The translations under genes were made by a program, and so were the position numbers. A stretch of DNA of 61,169 nucleotides, counting the filler, from Vannella sp. (Eukaryota), in assembly GCA_023345925.1 (NCBI GenBank). It is 6 parts of 6 records of this genome, joined end to end, with 100 filler letters (N's around TTAATTAATTAA, not from the genome) between each part and the next. Parts side by side here need not be neighbours in the genome. Positions count along the whole stretch, not along the records: positions 17,427 to 24,607 come from JAJQQN010000032.1; positions 24,708 to 32,287 come from JAJQQN010000161.1; positions 32,388 to 51,420 come from JAJQQN010001034.1; 3 more parts are not named here. One strand, given 5' to 3'. Below are positions 21,601-33,594 of the stretch, in pieces. Under the pieces are notes generated by a model. The model had not been told where the DNA came from. It did no database searches and was given only the letters and a program-made list of their open reading frames with translations. Numbering within the stretch: position 1 is the stretch's first letter; every line of letters starts with the position of its first letter.

Positions 21601-24298
21601 CTCTCCTACCGTAAAGAGAACTTCTTCTTGCTTGCATCGAGCCAATCCAAAAAGACTTTGAGTCACTCGTTCACAGTGAGAGGCATCTCCCAGACAGACA
21701 TCGCTTAGTGCCTGAACGGCACGCTCAATGGTTTGGTTGTTCGTGCTCTTCATCTGCGCTTCGATTGCAACAAGTAAGGACTCTTGGGAAAGGAGATTCT
21801 CTTCCGAGCTGGCTGGCAGAGGAAGTGGCCTGTAACGTGCCATAGAACCGATGCTATTGCAAGCCGCATCAACCATTCGAGCCTGTTTGTTTTCGAGAAG
21901 GCTCTTTGTGGCTGCCAAGCTTCTCAAGATCAGGTCGCTCTGATCCTCTGTCTCCATCTTCATCTCTTTGGCAATGCATCGACCGGCAATCATCCCAAGG
22001 ATAGTGATCGAACCGTGGATCTTTTCTGGTTCATCAACTCCGTTCTCCAGGTCTGATAAGGTTCTCTCCAAGTAACCTTGCAGCTCCAGTTGAGGCAAGT
22101 ACTCCAATACGACCCCGATAGCCTTAGCCATGGCTTCTCGAGTCTCTGGCTTTCCCTTAAAGAGGAAAATCCAGAGCTCAGGTAACCTTTCGACAAAGAG
22201 TTTTGCAGTGGAAGGTACCAGACTGAACAGCTGAGTGAGATTTGTGGCGGCTACCTTGTGTAAATCCAGAAGCTTTGTGGCATTCAAAGCGTTCCGAATG
22301 AGTTCGATGTAGGTTGAGTAGTCTCTAGTACTGTCCAGAGTCCCACGGCTTTGGTGGAATGAGATAGTCTCTGCCAGAAAAGTTAACAAGCTTCCATACA
22401 CTCGCGAATCGAAGGGGAGAGCATTCTCTGCGGTGTTCTTCGCTGCAAGAACCTCCAAATACTTGGCAGTGACAAAGTTCACCAATCCGAACAACTCAGG
22501 ATACTCTGCTGAAGTATCTGCAACCATTTCAGCTCCTTCGAGATGATAGGGCTGGAGGCCTCTGAGTGCCAAATCCCGAGTAGCAGACTTTGCTTCAATG
22601 GACGCGAGACAGCAAACATAACGGCCCCGACAATCGCTGAATGGAAGTACGTGTGTTGCAAAGTACAGCCCAACGTATCGCGCAATCTCCGAGTCAGAAG
22701 CTAGAGCTTTCTCAATCTTGGCATGCAGTCGAGGCCAAAGCTCCTCAGGAAGGCCGCTGGCCCCATTGGCAATGGAGCAAAGGGCTTCAGAGATAGGAAT
22801 CTGCTGCGATGCATCCTTTCGCTGCTCCAGATGAGTAAAGAGCTCCTCAACAACTGCTCCAAAGATGAGTGAAGATCAGCCAGGTTCTAAGATACTTACG
22901 ATCAAAATGCTGAACGAAAAGGCCTGGCAGTCTCTTGCAAACAAGCGGGATAGTTCCGTAGCAGGCACCTCGGATGGATGAAGAAGACGGGTTGTCCGTG
23001 AATAAGATACTGCGAAGGATCTTGAAGAGACCCGAGAGAATGGCCGGTCCCATGACCCGCACTTGCTGATCTTCTGCTGTCAGCAATACCCAGCGAGCAA
23101 ACTCAATAGAGATATGACAGCTTTTCTCTGTCGCGTTAGTCCCATAAGCGCAGTCGAAAATCACTTTCAACGTGCTAGGAAACATGCTGGCTGCCCTCTT
23201 TGAGCGCAGAAGTACCGACGCAATCTTAATTTTGACTGACATTGGCATTGCTGATCTCTGATAGGTGCCAGGTTTGTCGCCTGTCCCTTCGTAGAAGGTG
23301 AAGAGGTCCCGGACGAGAGTTTCATCCTCCAAGTCAATGTGCTTGAGAGAGGTGCGGTACATATTCTCGCCTTCCTGAGCTACCACAGTATACGTATCTG
23401 ACCCACTGAACCAGGAGATGAGCTAAAAGGTATGCTGAATGGGAGAGCTTTACCTGACAATGCTGTGACGAACGGTCTCGGACCGAGTGACGTGGTTGTC
23501 AAGGAAGCGAAGAACAGCGACCTTCTGATCATTCAGCTCTTGATAGGTCTTGGCTGCTGCCAAGGAATTGAGCCATTTGATCGCCCTAGAGGACATGCCG
23601 AGATGCTTTTTCGGCGCTGGCGGGCCTTCTTGGCCACTGATCGGCCCGGTAGGTGCTGAATAAGACTGAATGTCAGATAGGAGCACGTCTAAAAGGAACT
23701 CTAAGATGATCTTCCTCGTGGGTGCCTGGGAAAGGAAGGCCAGACGAAGAGGAGACTCTTCCCCAACTGGCCGAGGGAGATCGACGGATTGAATGGTGGT
23801 AAGGAAGATTGAGAGCAATATGTCTTGGACTGCTTCAGCACGGGTATCAAGGTCACTCATCAGCTGTAGGAAGGCCTCCCGTTTGATCTACATCTGGATT
23901 AACACAAGTTAACCACCTCTTGCGCTCCACTCACAGCTGCCTCTGCTCGTGAGAAGCCCATCTGGAGGTAGACAAGTACAAAGTTCTTTTGCAGAGGGCT
24001 CGAATCCGCGCTGAGGAACTGCACAGTCAACTTCTCCAAAGGGATGGTGACAGAAGTGTCTGGTTTGACGCGTTTGGAGATGTGAGATAGCACTTCAAAG
24101 ACCTGAGAAGTTGTAAGTCTCACGAAAGACTGAGGTACTTGCACTTACTTTCTTCTGGACAGAAGGTTGCGGCGCCTTTAACATCTGAAGAACCGCGGGA
24201 AGTAAGTTTGTTACGCTCTTCTGCAGCTTCTCTGGAGTATCTGCGAGAGCAAAGCTCATCAGAACGTTTTCCAACAGATCCAGCTCTCTAGCAGCCAT
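18654..24298 (-). CDS. ECM29: Proteasome adapter and scaffold protein ECM29 (multi-exon HEAT protein)
   Basis: N-terminal ELDLLENVLMSFALAD...[81 protein letters not shown]. Confidence 0.93.
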
Positions 24299-24607
24299 CT
24301 ACCACCGGCCTGCAGGAAATGGAGAGAATCCATGAGCTTGGAGACGGATGGAGAAGTCGAAAACCGAACAACATATAAAAATCCGATTCCACACACTCGG
24401 CATCGATTTTGTAAAGGCCGGTTGCGGAGGACTGAGGGGAAATGAAGGGGAAATGTGCATTTCCCCTTGAGAAAGTTCACGGCCCAGATCAACCACGTCC
24501 CCTGGCCATGGTTGAAAAGAATCTCTAAATTCGATCGGGACCTTTACCAATGAACTTTTTATGTGTTTTGATCGAGGCACTTTTTGGGCTCATTTGATCA
24601 TCCCTCC

Positions 24608-24707
24608 NNNNNNNNNNNNNNNNNNNNNNNNNNNNNNNNNNNNNNNNNNNNTTAATTAATTAANNNNNNNNNNNNNNNNNNNNNNNNNNNNNNNNNNNNN
24701 NNNNNNN
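24608..24707. other. Artificial contig linker
   Basis: 44 N + TTAATTAATTAA + 44 N. Confidence 0.97.
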
Positions 24708-25831
24708 TGGTGTTCCCGGTAGTCCATGCGAAGGTGCGGGAGATCCAAAGAAATGAGAAAGCGGCTCATTGGAAAGCCGGCATGGCGCCATTCCAAAGTG
24801 AAGGATGCATGCGTTCCCTCTGTGACACTAAAAGCGGCTAAAAAGGGGGAAACAGGAAATGCCATTGTTTGGGGGAACTGGGGGTTGGGCCCAATTCCGT
24901 TGCAGAGCATCACAGGGAGTGGAGATGATAGGGAAAGGGAAAAGGAGGCACTACTTGCCAGGAAAGTCCTATTGCGTGGCTCCAGAGGAGAGGACAGAGA
25001 AATGCGCTTCTCAGGGCGTGAATGACAAAGAATGGCCGATGAAGTACGCCTCTACTTGAAGGTAGCAGAAGTGAATAGGTCACTGCATGAGCCGCCAACC
25101 TTGTGAGACACGAAAGAAGACAAAGGGGAGGCCGCATCCATGCTGGTTCTCCTCTCTTTCGGTGTTGGTGGGGGGGGTACCATCCGCCACATTCAACAAC
25201 GAGTCAGAGACCCTTTGGGGCGAACGAGCGCATCGTGGATCATTGGGACAAACAGACTCAAGGAAGCTGCCAACCCAACTCTCCCGTATCTCAGATTGGT
25301 CAAATGATGGGCTCCTTTGCGATGTATTCGATGAAGGCTTCGTCGCAACTCTCGATACCCCCCTTGGCTGAAGCCGCAGCAACCCCCGGTCTTCGTAGAA
25401 GACACCCTTTCGCGCCTTACCTGAGAATACCAAGGACAAACCCCACTCCTTTTAACAGTCTGTGATGACAGGGGGAGCGTGTAGAGCGACTGAGCCTTGT
25501 TCACGAGCGTCTCCCAAGCTTTCCAGACAATTCCTCGATCTGAGCTTCTCTCCTTGCCAATAAATAATAAAATCACAATCAGATGAATACCAAGGAACCG
25601 TGCTCAGCGGGAGGTGTTGAAAGTTATGACTGAGAAGCAAATTTTCCCCCAGATTTTTCCCTCCAGAAAATAAAAAAAAAAGAAAAAATCTCGCAGGAGC
25701 CATAAGATTGCTATCTTACGGCTTCTTATCACCAAGCTTTACCACCCCTGGACGTGTCCCCGGTTAAAAGGATATTTTCCGATTTAAATGGAAAGCTTCC
25801 GATTAAATCCGAATTTTCTGAGACATTTTTG

Positions 25832-26867
25832 ATGCCGGTATCTCGTGGTTGGGGAAAGGTTGTGGTGGTGTATGCGTTAGCGCTTCTCCCAAGTGTGGCT
25901 ATGCTCCTTTGGTTGTCTGTGGGGTTGTCTGAAGGATAGTAAGTTCGATGGAGGCCCTTTCGGGAATAGGAGCTCGGTTTGCTCAGTTCCTTTATAGCGC
26001 CGGCTTTGGGTTTACCTTACAGTGTGGCGTCGACAACCCAAACTGCAGTTGGCAGTTCTTCAACTGGCATCCCCTCTTAATGACCCTCGCTTTCGCAACC
26101 TTGTTCACTCAAGGTGAGCTAAAGGAGCCTTTTGGTGAAGCTCTGCTCACTCCCTCCAGCTATCTGTGCGTTCATTCTCCTTCCTTTCAGCCATCATGTC
26201 AACAAAGCAGTTCATGCCAGCATCCAGACCCTCGGAATGATCTGCGCCCTTCTGTAGGACCCGTTTTCCCGTTTGAGGAGCTCTTTGAACTGATTCTGGG
26301 TCCAAAGTGGCCTTGCTGTCATCGTTACCTTCAAGACTAAGACTGGTAATGATCAATTCTACACCACGCACTCCTATTTGGGCCTTCTGGGCATCACACT
26401 GTTCGTTATCCAAGTAAGGCGGCTCAGAAGTCCTTCCCATGTCCTCTGACATGAGTGGGACCACTCTGATTAGTACTTGGTTGGCTTTGTATCTTTTGTG
26501 TTCCCCAAATTGCCTGATGGAACACGCGCCACTGTCCACTCTTTCCACGTTTTCGCGGGATTCTGCATTTACATGATAACCATGGGTGCTATCTTTACGG
26601 GAGTTGCAGACCGTCAGCTTCTTTGTGGTGGAGGCGGTGCGTGTGGTATGAACGAGGATAACTACAGCTACAGCTGGATTGGGGTCAGTTGATAATGCAA
26701 TGCACTAACACACTCTCATTTTACTGACTTCTGCGCTTGCTTAGGGAAATCTTATCGTTCTACTTGCAATTGTCGCTGCCACTGCTGTGTTCTTCAGCCA
26801 TCGCCCTCCCACTTCTCGAGTTCTTTACGAACGAGAAGAATCTGACAAGCTTTTGCCAGTGAACTAA
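25832..26867 (+). CDS. Cytochrome b561 (ascorbate-dependent ferric reductase family), multi-exon
   Basis: FNWHPLLM, KAVHASIQ, FYTTHSYLG and HSFHVFAG supply the four heme-ligand histidines. Multiple TM helices; about 5 short introns. Confidence 0.9.
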
Positions 26868-26974
26868 GCTGGACAATCCTCCTAAAGAGAAGAGCCCGAC
26901 TCTAACTTCAAACTGACGATGAGAATCTGGGAGAGTTTAGGGTTCCGTCCTTCAATTAGGTAGGTTGGAGGGAA

Positions 26975-28720
26975 TCATTCTTTGGAGAGGGTGGAAGAGT
27001 ATTCTTGGTCCTTTAAGATCCGGCGCTGAATCTTCCCAGTCGTAGTCATTGGAAGCTCAGAAACAAACTCAATCTTTCGAGGATATTCGTGAGCGGCCAA
27101 TCTGGTCTTGACAAACTTTTGGATCTCTGTGGCAAGTTCTGGGGTTCCAACATAACCCTCCTTCACCACGCAAAAGCACTATCATGGATGAATTAATTCA
27201 AGTTCAGAGTCGCATCAGAGGAAATAGTAACGTACCTTGACCACTTCATTCCTGATGGGGTCTGGGGAACCCACCGCTGCGCACATGAGAATACTTGGGT
27301 GCTTCATCACACAATCTTCCACTTCAGAGGGTCCAATGCGGTATCCAGCACTGTTAATCACGTCGTCCTGGCGCCCATGGAAGTAGAAAAAGTGATCTTC
27401 GTCACGCTTTCCGAGATCGCCAGTGATCATCCATTGCCCAATGAACTTGTCTTCCGTTGCCTTTTGGTTTCCGTAGTATCCTAGGAACATCACTGGATCC
27501 CCCTTGCGCACCGCAATGTTCCCAACCTCGCCAGCGGGGAGAACCTTTCCGGAATTGTTCACAATTTCGACCTGTCTACCTGGAATAGGGCGGCCCATGG
27601 AGCCTTCTTTGACTTCGTGAATAGCACTGCAGTTTCCAATGAGCAAGTTTGCCTCGGTTTGACCGTAGAACTCATTAATAGTGAGTCCGTAAGTGTCTTG
27701 TCCCCATTGCTGTAGCTCGGAGCCCAAACTTTCTCCTCCACTTCCAATGCTAATCATATGAGAATAACTGGGAAGTGTCACTTGGCGCATCAACTTCAAC
27801 GCAGTGGGAGGCATGAATGAGTTTGTCACTTGCATCCGCTTCATCATCTCTGCTACCTCCAGCGCGTCAAACTTAGTGGCCCTATGAGAGACTACTGGGA
27901 CTCCATAATGAAGAGAAGGAAGAAGAACGTCAATCAATCCGCCAATCCACGCCCAATCTGCCGGAGTATAGAACCTCAGTTCCTTTCCTTGGCAGGCTCC
28001 ATGGGGGAACAGGTTATGAGGGAACTCTATTCCCGGCAAATGACCCAAAAGCACCCGGTGAGCATGAAGAGCACCCTTAGGATCTCCAGTGGTACCAGAA
28101 GTGAAGATAATGAGAGCTGGATCGTCGGCAAGGGTGTTCTCCATGATCCATTCAGTTGGACAGCTGCCTTCAATCATCCTATCAAAGCTAAAACAACCAT
28201 TCGGCAGAGTCTGGCCATCCGGAATACCAACGACGACAATACTGTCCAAGTCCGGCAGCTCCTTCCGGATGGTCAAGAGTTTCTCCAGCCCAAATACATC
28301 TGTCACTACAATCTTAGCTCCAGAAGCAGAAAGGCGGAACTGCAAAGCGTCGGGACCGAAAAGACCAAAGAGAGGGACTGCGATTCCCCCAGCCCGATAG
28401 ATGGACATGTGAGCTACTGCGGTTTCAGGGCGCTGCGGGAGGAGAATCCCGACTCTGTCTCCAAGCTGGAAGGCAGATTGGTGACGGAGGGCGAAGGCCA
28501 GGCGATTGGATTGGTCTCGGAGAGCGCCGAAGGTGAGAACCTCTGGCTTTCCGTGGAGTTCGGAGAGGTGAATGATAGCTGGCTTGTTAGGGCTTCGTTG
28601 GGCGTGACGGTCACATGCAGAGTGCGCGATGTTGTAGCGGTGAGGAACGAAATCCCACGAGAATCCCCGAACCAGCTCCTCGTAGGACTTCGCAGACCTG
28701 GGTAGAACTGTTCGATTCAT
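26975..28720 (-). CDS. AMP-forming acyl-CoA synthetase (acetate/short-chain CoA ligase-like)
   Basis: FTSGTTGDPKG, YTPADWAWIGG, EFYGQTE, TGDLG, GRQDDVINSAGYRIGPSEVE, LPMTTTGKIQR. One intron near 27180-27235. Start taken at ATG 28720. Confidence 0.93.
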
Positions 28721-28851
28721 GTCAGAGAGGTCAAACAGAGAGGGGACAACCAACCTCCAGTGAAAGGGACCGTTGAACAGCTCCGACGAAACGCCTTTAG
28801 CAACATTCGGCAAAAAAATGTTGAAAACGCGTTTCGGCAAAAAAACCAAGA

Positions 28852-28923
28852 AGGCCCCATCGGGGATTGAACCCGAGATCTCCTGCTTACAAGGCAGGCG
28901 CTTTGCCACTAAGCTATAAGGCC
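28852..28923 (-). tRNA. tRNA-Thr(UGU)
   Basis: GGCCTTATAGCTTAGTGGCAAAGCGCCTGCCTTGTAAGCAGGAGATCTCGGGTTCAATCCCCGATGGGGCC folds as a cloverleaf with anticodon loop CTTGTAA and GTTCAA T-loop. A T7 Pol III terminator follows. Confidence 0.95.
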
Positions 28924-29425
28924 ACGTATTTAGCGTAAAGTTTTCAAAATTCGGGTCAAGATGAGAAACGGCGTGTAGGTTTCGTTTCCTCACTGTTTTC
29001 GCCAGTTGTTCATGTTTTACGTTTGGTTGATTTCTTACGGGCAGACCATCCTTGAGAAGTGACTGCTCACCCACAACAGAAATCAGATCTGAAGCTGGCC
29101 GATCACTAGAAATTGCCATTGATAGTCTTGGAATCTGCACCGCTCATTAGATTCTCCATCAGCGTAGGCACATCCTTTGGGCAGTCGTCCTCACTTTGTC
29201 TCTTTCCTGCTAGGATTGGAAGGATCCTCATTCCATCAATCTTTTTCATGAGAAGTGGAGCTTGGCGACCAGACAGCACAGGTCAATATGTTGAAGACAA
29301 GCAATCAACCAGAGACGGTTTTATGTCTGCTTCCGAGCTTTTCCCTGAATGCTTGCGAGATTAGCGTTCTAGTCACTATTGACTTCTGAGTCCCACTGGT
29401 ATGTTTGGTAACGCATTAGATCGGT

Positions 29426-30097
29426 TTATTTCAGAGGGTCAGCAGCTTCCCTTATCTTCTCCATCCAATCCATCATTTCTTCTCCACTTGGGGCCACAAC
29501 GTGAAGCAATCCGATTCCCCCTGACACCGAGAAGCAGTTGGACCGCCTCATTGCTGGTGCAATCTGTACATTTGTGCCGGCATAAAGTGCTATCTCGCCT
29601 TTGGGTCGAGCCTTTGCAATGTAGTCCTCCTCAGAAGCAAAGTAGGAAAGCAGTTGCCTCTCCAGGACGAAGAAGCGCAACTTCCAGTTGCGCCTCTTGT
29701 GTCCTTTCTTCGTAAGAAAGCCTAGTTTCATAATAGGCAGTCCTACTCTTGGTTGTATGGACACTTGCGCAACTCGAGCTGGACTTTCCTCCGGTGGAGG
29801 GGAGAGAGGGAGCGTTGGATCTGATAGCGAAGTGCTGCGTTCTCTAGGAGATAGAGGAGAAGCAATGAAATCGTCCTCCTCCTCGTCCTCCAAGACTGTC
29901 ACGTAGCTGCTCGGAAAGTCGCCGACAATCCCGTCGATTTCGCCTTCCCACCAGCCATCAGAGTGCCTCCTGATGATCGTCAGACATTCCCCCTTCTTAA
30001 AGCTAAGGTCTGTCTCCTGAACGCCCGCGTAGTCCCACACAGCGATGGCAACACTCCCATCAATGCCCCCTCCCTGGCCCTCCACCCCCTGGCTCAT
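29426..30097 (-). CDS. SH3 + PH domain adaptor protein
   Basis: AVWDY...DLSFKKGE...DGWWEG...GDFPSSYV (SH3); GFLTKKGHKRRNWKLRFFVL...EMMDWMEKI (PH). Confidence 0.92.
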   Translation of the reverse strand: MSQGVEGQGGGIDGSVAIAVWDYAGVQETDLSFKKGECLTIIRRHSDGWWEGEIDGIVGDFPSSYVTVLEDEEEDDFIASPLSPRERSTSLSDPTLPLSPPPEESPARVAQVSIQPRVGLPIMKLGFLTKKGHKRRNWKLRFFVLERQLLSYFASEEDYIAKARPKGEIALYAGTNVQIAPAMRRSNCFSVSGGIGLLHVVAPSGEEMMDWMEKIREAADPLK

Positions 30098-30136
30098 TAC
30101 AAATGATTCAAATCACTTGAAGACATGCATTTGGTG

Positions 30137-30889
30137 ATGGCGAGCTTAGCTGTGCATCACTCCCAGGACTTGGCGGGTGAGTTGGTTGGTTTTGGGCGGA
30201 CAAGTGGGTGGGAAGGTGCTAAGTAGGGGTGTAGCTTTGATGCAAAGTAAGAGAGAGATTGGGGGATCCGCGGTCTGGTCGTTGAGCAGTGCGAAGCCTC
30301 GGTTCGACGTGCACATGCTGAGGGACGACAACTTGGAGACGTTCTGGCAGTACGTGTGACTTGAGGGCGTCTTAAGCATGGAGTAGTGACAATGAGGAAT
30401 AGGTCTGATGGTCCAGCTCCTCATACGATCAACATTCAGTTCCCTAAGAAGGTGACGATTGATGTAATCGCCCTTTACCTCGACCACAAGCTGGACGAGA
30501 GCTACACTCCTTGCCAAGTGTCCATCCGCATTGGGAGTACTCTCTTAGATCTCCAAGACATCAAAACATGGGAGTTCGTAGACCCATCTGGCTGGGTGAC
30601 CTTTGATGTGGCCCGCGCCTTCGGCCGGTAAGACAGAAAGGGCTCCCTCTCACTCCCCAGTGTGATTGAATGATTGGGACTCAGCAAAGTGAGGGCAAAC
30701 TTCCTTCAGATCCTTCTTCTGGCCAATGTCCAGAGCGGAAGGGATTCACATGTGCGGCAAGTCAAAGTGTATGGACCGAGGGAGTGAGTCGCTGACTTTC
30801 TGTGATCTTCTCTTACAACACCATCTAGAGAAGGACAACCAATAAGAGCAAACACGCCTCAAATGTACATGCACGCCACTCTCCGATGA
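30137..30889 (+). CDS. APC10: Anaphase-promoting complex subunit 10 (DOC1), 5 exons
   Basis: [59 protein letters not shown]-terminal LR tail. Confidence 0.93.
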
Positions 30890-30938
30890 AATCAGAAACC
30901 TCTCACAATTGAGTGTTACTGTATTGTACAATGCGGTG

Positions 30939-32231
30939 CTATCTGGGACTGAGTGGGTCATCAATATGGCGGGCGATATCAGTCCAGTTGTCCAAGATAA
31001 ATTCAGTGACACTACAACACTTCTCGTTCACATTCATCATGGAAGAAATGTCATCTGATCTTGGCTTCATAATGGTTGGGCCCCACACAATCGCTAGACC
31101 TCCATTAGTTCGTAAAGGCTAACAACTCAAGTGCATACCCAAGTTGTGGGTGGTCATTTGGTTGTACTCTGCTCGCTCAGAAACTTTCACGAGAAACTTG
31201 AGGAGAAAACGAAACGTTGTCGAGTTGGCCAACGGCATTCTTTTCATTACCCCGACTACCAAGTCAATTGACTTCTCTTTGTCCAAAACGCGGTCTGCGT
31301 GGAACAGTTAGGTTGGCTGAAACTTGTCTAAGCTAGAACACACTCACCCGCTATCAGGAGCATCGGCTGAGCGTAGCAGGATTGAACGAGTGGTTCAGGT
31401 AGCTGATGAAAGAATGTCTTGACTAGGGAAGCAACGGCGTGCGCATTGGCTCCTCGGGATTCCAAGTCAATCACATCTCCTCCAAATCAGTTCAAAAGAC
31501 ACCTTTTTGCCCATTCAGCTCACCATTGGAGTCTCTATACTCAAGACGGAGCTTTTCCACAAGGCTTCGATTCCCAGGAACTCGAAAGAGACCCTCAGTA
31601 TTGAAACGGTCTGCCACAGGAATGAGAAGACCCCATTGAGTCTGCTTGACTTACTTGATGTTGTCAAATAGTGGAAGCACTGGATCACTATCAAAGGAAT
31701 ATCTCTTCCATATCCCTGTAACTCGCTCAATGTCACCCCAAATACTGGATTTGGGTGCCCTGATCGACCTTTCAACCCCAAAGCCTGAAGAAGAGTGCTC
31801 TTTCTGGTAGATCGAGGACTGGTAGAGATCTTGAACGGTGCTTCAGGAACTTCAGGGCGGGTGGGGAGCCATTCATCAAGGATTTCCGCGACTGACTTGA
31901 AGTCCTTGCTCTTGCTGAATGCTATGTTTGGTGGTGATGGCTTCTTCCGCGGAGGAACTGCGGGGCGCTGAGTTGGAGAGGCACTGAAGGACATAGAGCG
32001 ACGAGTAGCAACAGGAGGTGGTCGACCTCGACCAACCGCCTGAGCCAATGGCGCAACAAACGATATCGGAAACCAACCACGCTTTCCATCCATCTTTTGC
32101 CCCTTTCCCCATCCTCTGGGATCCTCCATACAGTAATAAACCACTTCCCCCCGGCGAAGGGTCAACTCTGCATCACTCTCCCCCAGATAATCATGAAGTA
32201 CTCTGACCTGGCAGCCCAAGGCGAAGGCCAT
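30939..32231 (-). CDS. SH3 + RhoGAP protein (multi-exon)
   Basis: VLHDY...ELTLRRGE...GWFPISFV (SH3); VFGVTL...IPLIV, EGLFRVPG, LVKTFFHQLPEPL, NQMTTHNL (RhoGAP). Confidence 0.9.
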
Positions 32232-32287
32232 GTGCCAAAGGTGAAATGAGGAAAACAAGGGGAAATGAAACAAAAATTCCAAGAAAT

Positions 32288-32387
32288 NNNNNNNNNNNNN
32301 NNNNNNNNNNNNNNNNNNNNNNNNNNNNNNNTTAATTAATTAANNNNNNNNNNNNNNNNNNNNNNNNNNNNNNNNNNNNNNNNNNNN
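32288..32387. other. Artificial contig linker
   Basis: 44 N + TTAATTAATTAA + 44 N. Confidence 0.97.
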
Positions 32388-33572
32388 CTCAAAAAATCCA
32401 GTAGATGCTGAATTCATAGAGCCTGTCCCTATTGCGACATTATTAGTACCTAAATTACCTTTCACAAAACTTCCATGACCAAGTGCTACATTACCAACAC
32501 CAGTCAAATTATCTCTTATAGTTTGATTACCTATTGATATATTCTGCGAGCCAGAATTAGAAACACCTGCTAAGTTACCAAATGAACAATTATCATTACC
32601 TCCTGCACTTCTCCATCCTAAAGCAGTATTTCTATTTCCTGTTGATCCTTGTAATGATTGAAATCCTACTGCAGTACTTTCATTAGTAGTAGTTGTTGAT
32701 GATAATGCTAATTCACCAATAGCGGTATTACCAGTACCTGTTGTTAAATTCGCTAAAGCAGATTTACCTTTTGCAGTACATGCACCAGTTGATGAAGGTG
32801 CTGCTAATTCACCTATTACTGTTTTCGTTACGTTTACAGCTCCATGATATTGCAATCCAGTAGAAGTTAATGGATTTACTCTTAATAATTGGCCATCTGT
32901 ACCAGCAGATAATCTTACTTCATTTGTTCCATCTCTAGTATATCACCTTTTGTAGATAAAACAGAAGAAACCCATGTTACTGCAGCACCAACGGTTTTTA
33001 AAGTACTATTAGCAGTTCCAGCAGGTATATCAGTCAAAGCAGGTGCTGGCCATGCAACAGAAGTGTTGGCATTAGTTCTTAAAATAGTATTAATTGGCCC
33101 TGCAGGTATATCAGATAATGTTGGAGGTACCCTACTGCAACACCTGCAACTGTTTTAAGATTGTATCCATTTACTCCTGATGGTCAATCTGATAAACCTA
33201 ATCTTCTCGCTAATGGTGTTGCAACAGTTGCAAAAAATATTTCATTATTATTTCCTGCAGTATAACCTAAAACTCCTTGACTATTAAAAGACACAACGCC
33301 TCTCCCAAATGTTTGTATAATATCTGCCAATGTTAAATTGGCAGATCGAACTTTCTTGCACAAAAAAATGTCCATCATTTTGTGGAAGTAATTCTGAGAC
33401 TAATACATCTATTACCACCAGTACCTGTTCCATCATCTACAGATGATTAAAACCCCCTGTTTCGGTTCACTCTTCGACCTTCTAAATCTCTAATTGTGTA
33501 TGATCCAAAAACATCTTTTGTTATAATTCCAGATCCTGAATAATTTAAGAATGGATCTTCTGAATGGGACAT
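32388..33572 (-). pseudogene. Decayed viral/phage fibre-like (beta-helix adhesin) gene in an AT-rich insert
   Basis: About 33-38% GC in lines I counted versus about 50% in flanking genes. Encodes TKGDI..RDGTNEVRLSAGTDGQLL and NTAIG/STAVG/NTALG/NVALG/NVAIG repeats. Broken by stops (33447, 33184) and frameshifts; no introns. Confidence 0.75.
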
Positions 33573-33594
33573 CTTGTTTTGTTCCCCACGCAAG

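Noticed and set aside
24708..25576. Overlapping short ORFs on both strands
   Set aside because: No motif, coding bias or coherent gene model that I can support.
28721..29140. 140-aa N-terminal extension of the acyl-CoA synthetase ORF
   Set aside because: It runs through the tRNA-Thr gene and its terminator; homology starts at ATG 28720.
29012..29364. Possible small spliced plus-strand gene
   Set aside because: Splice sites are ambiguous and the product is unrecognisable.
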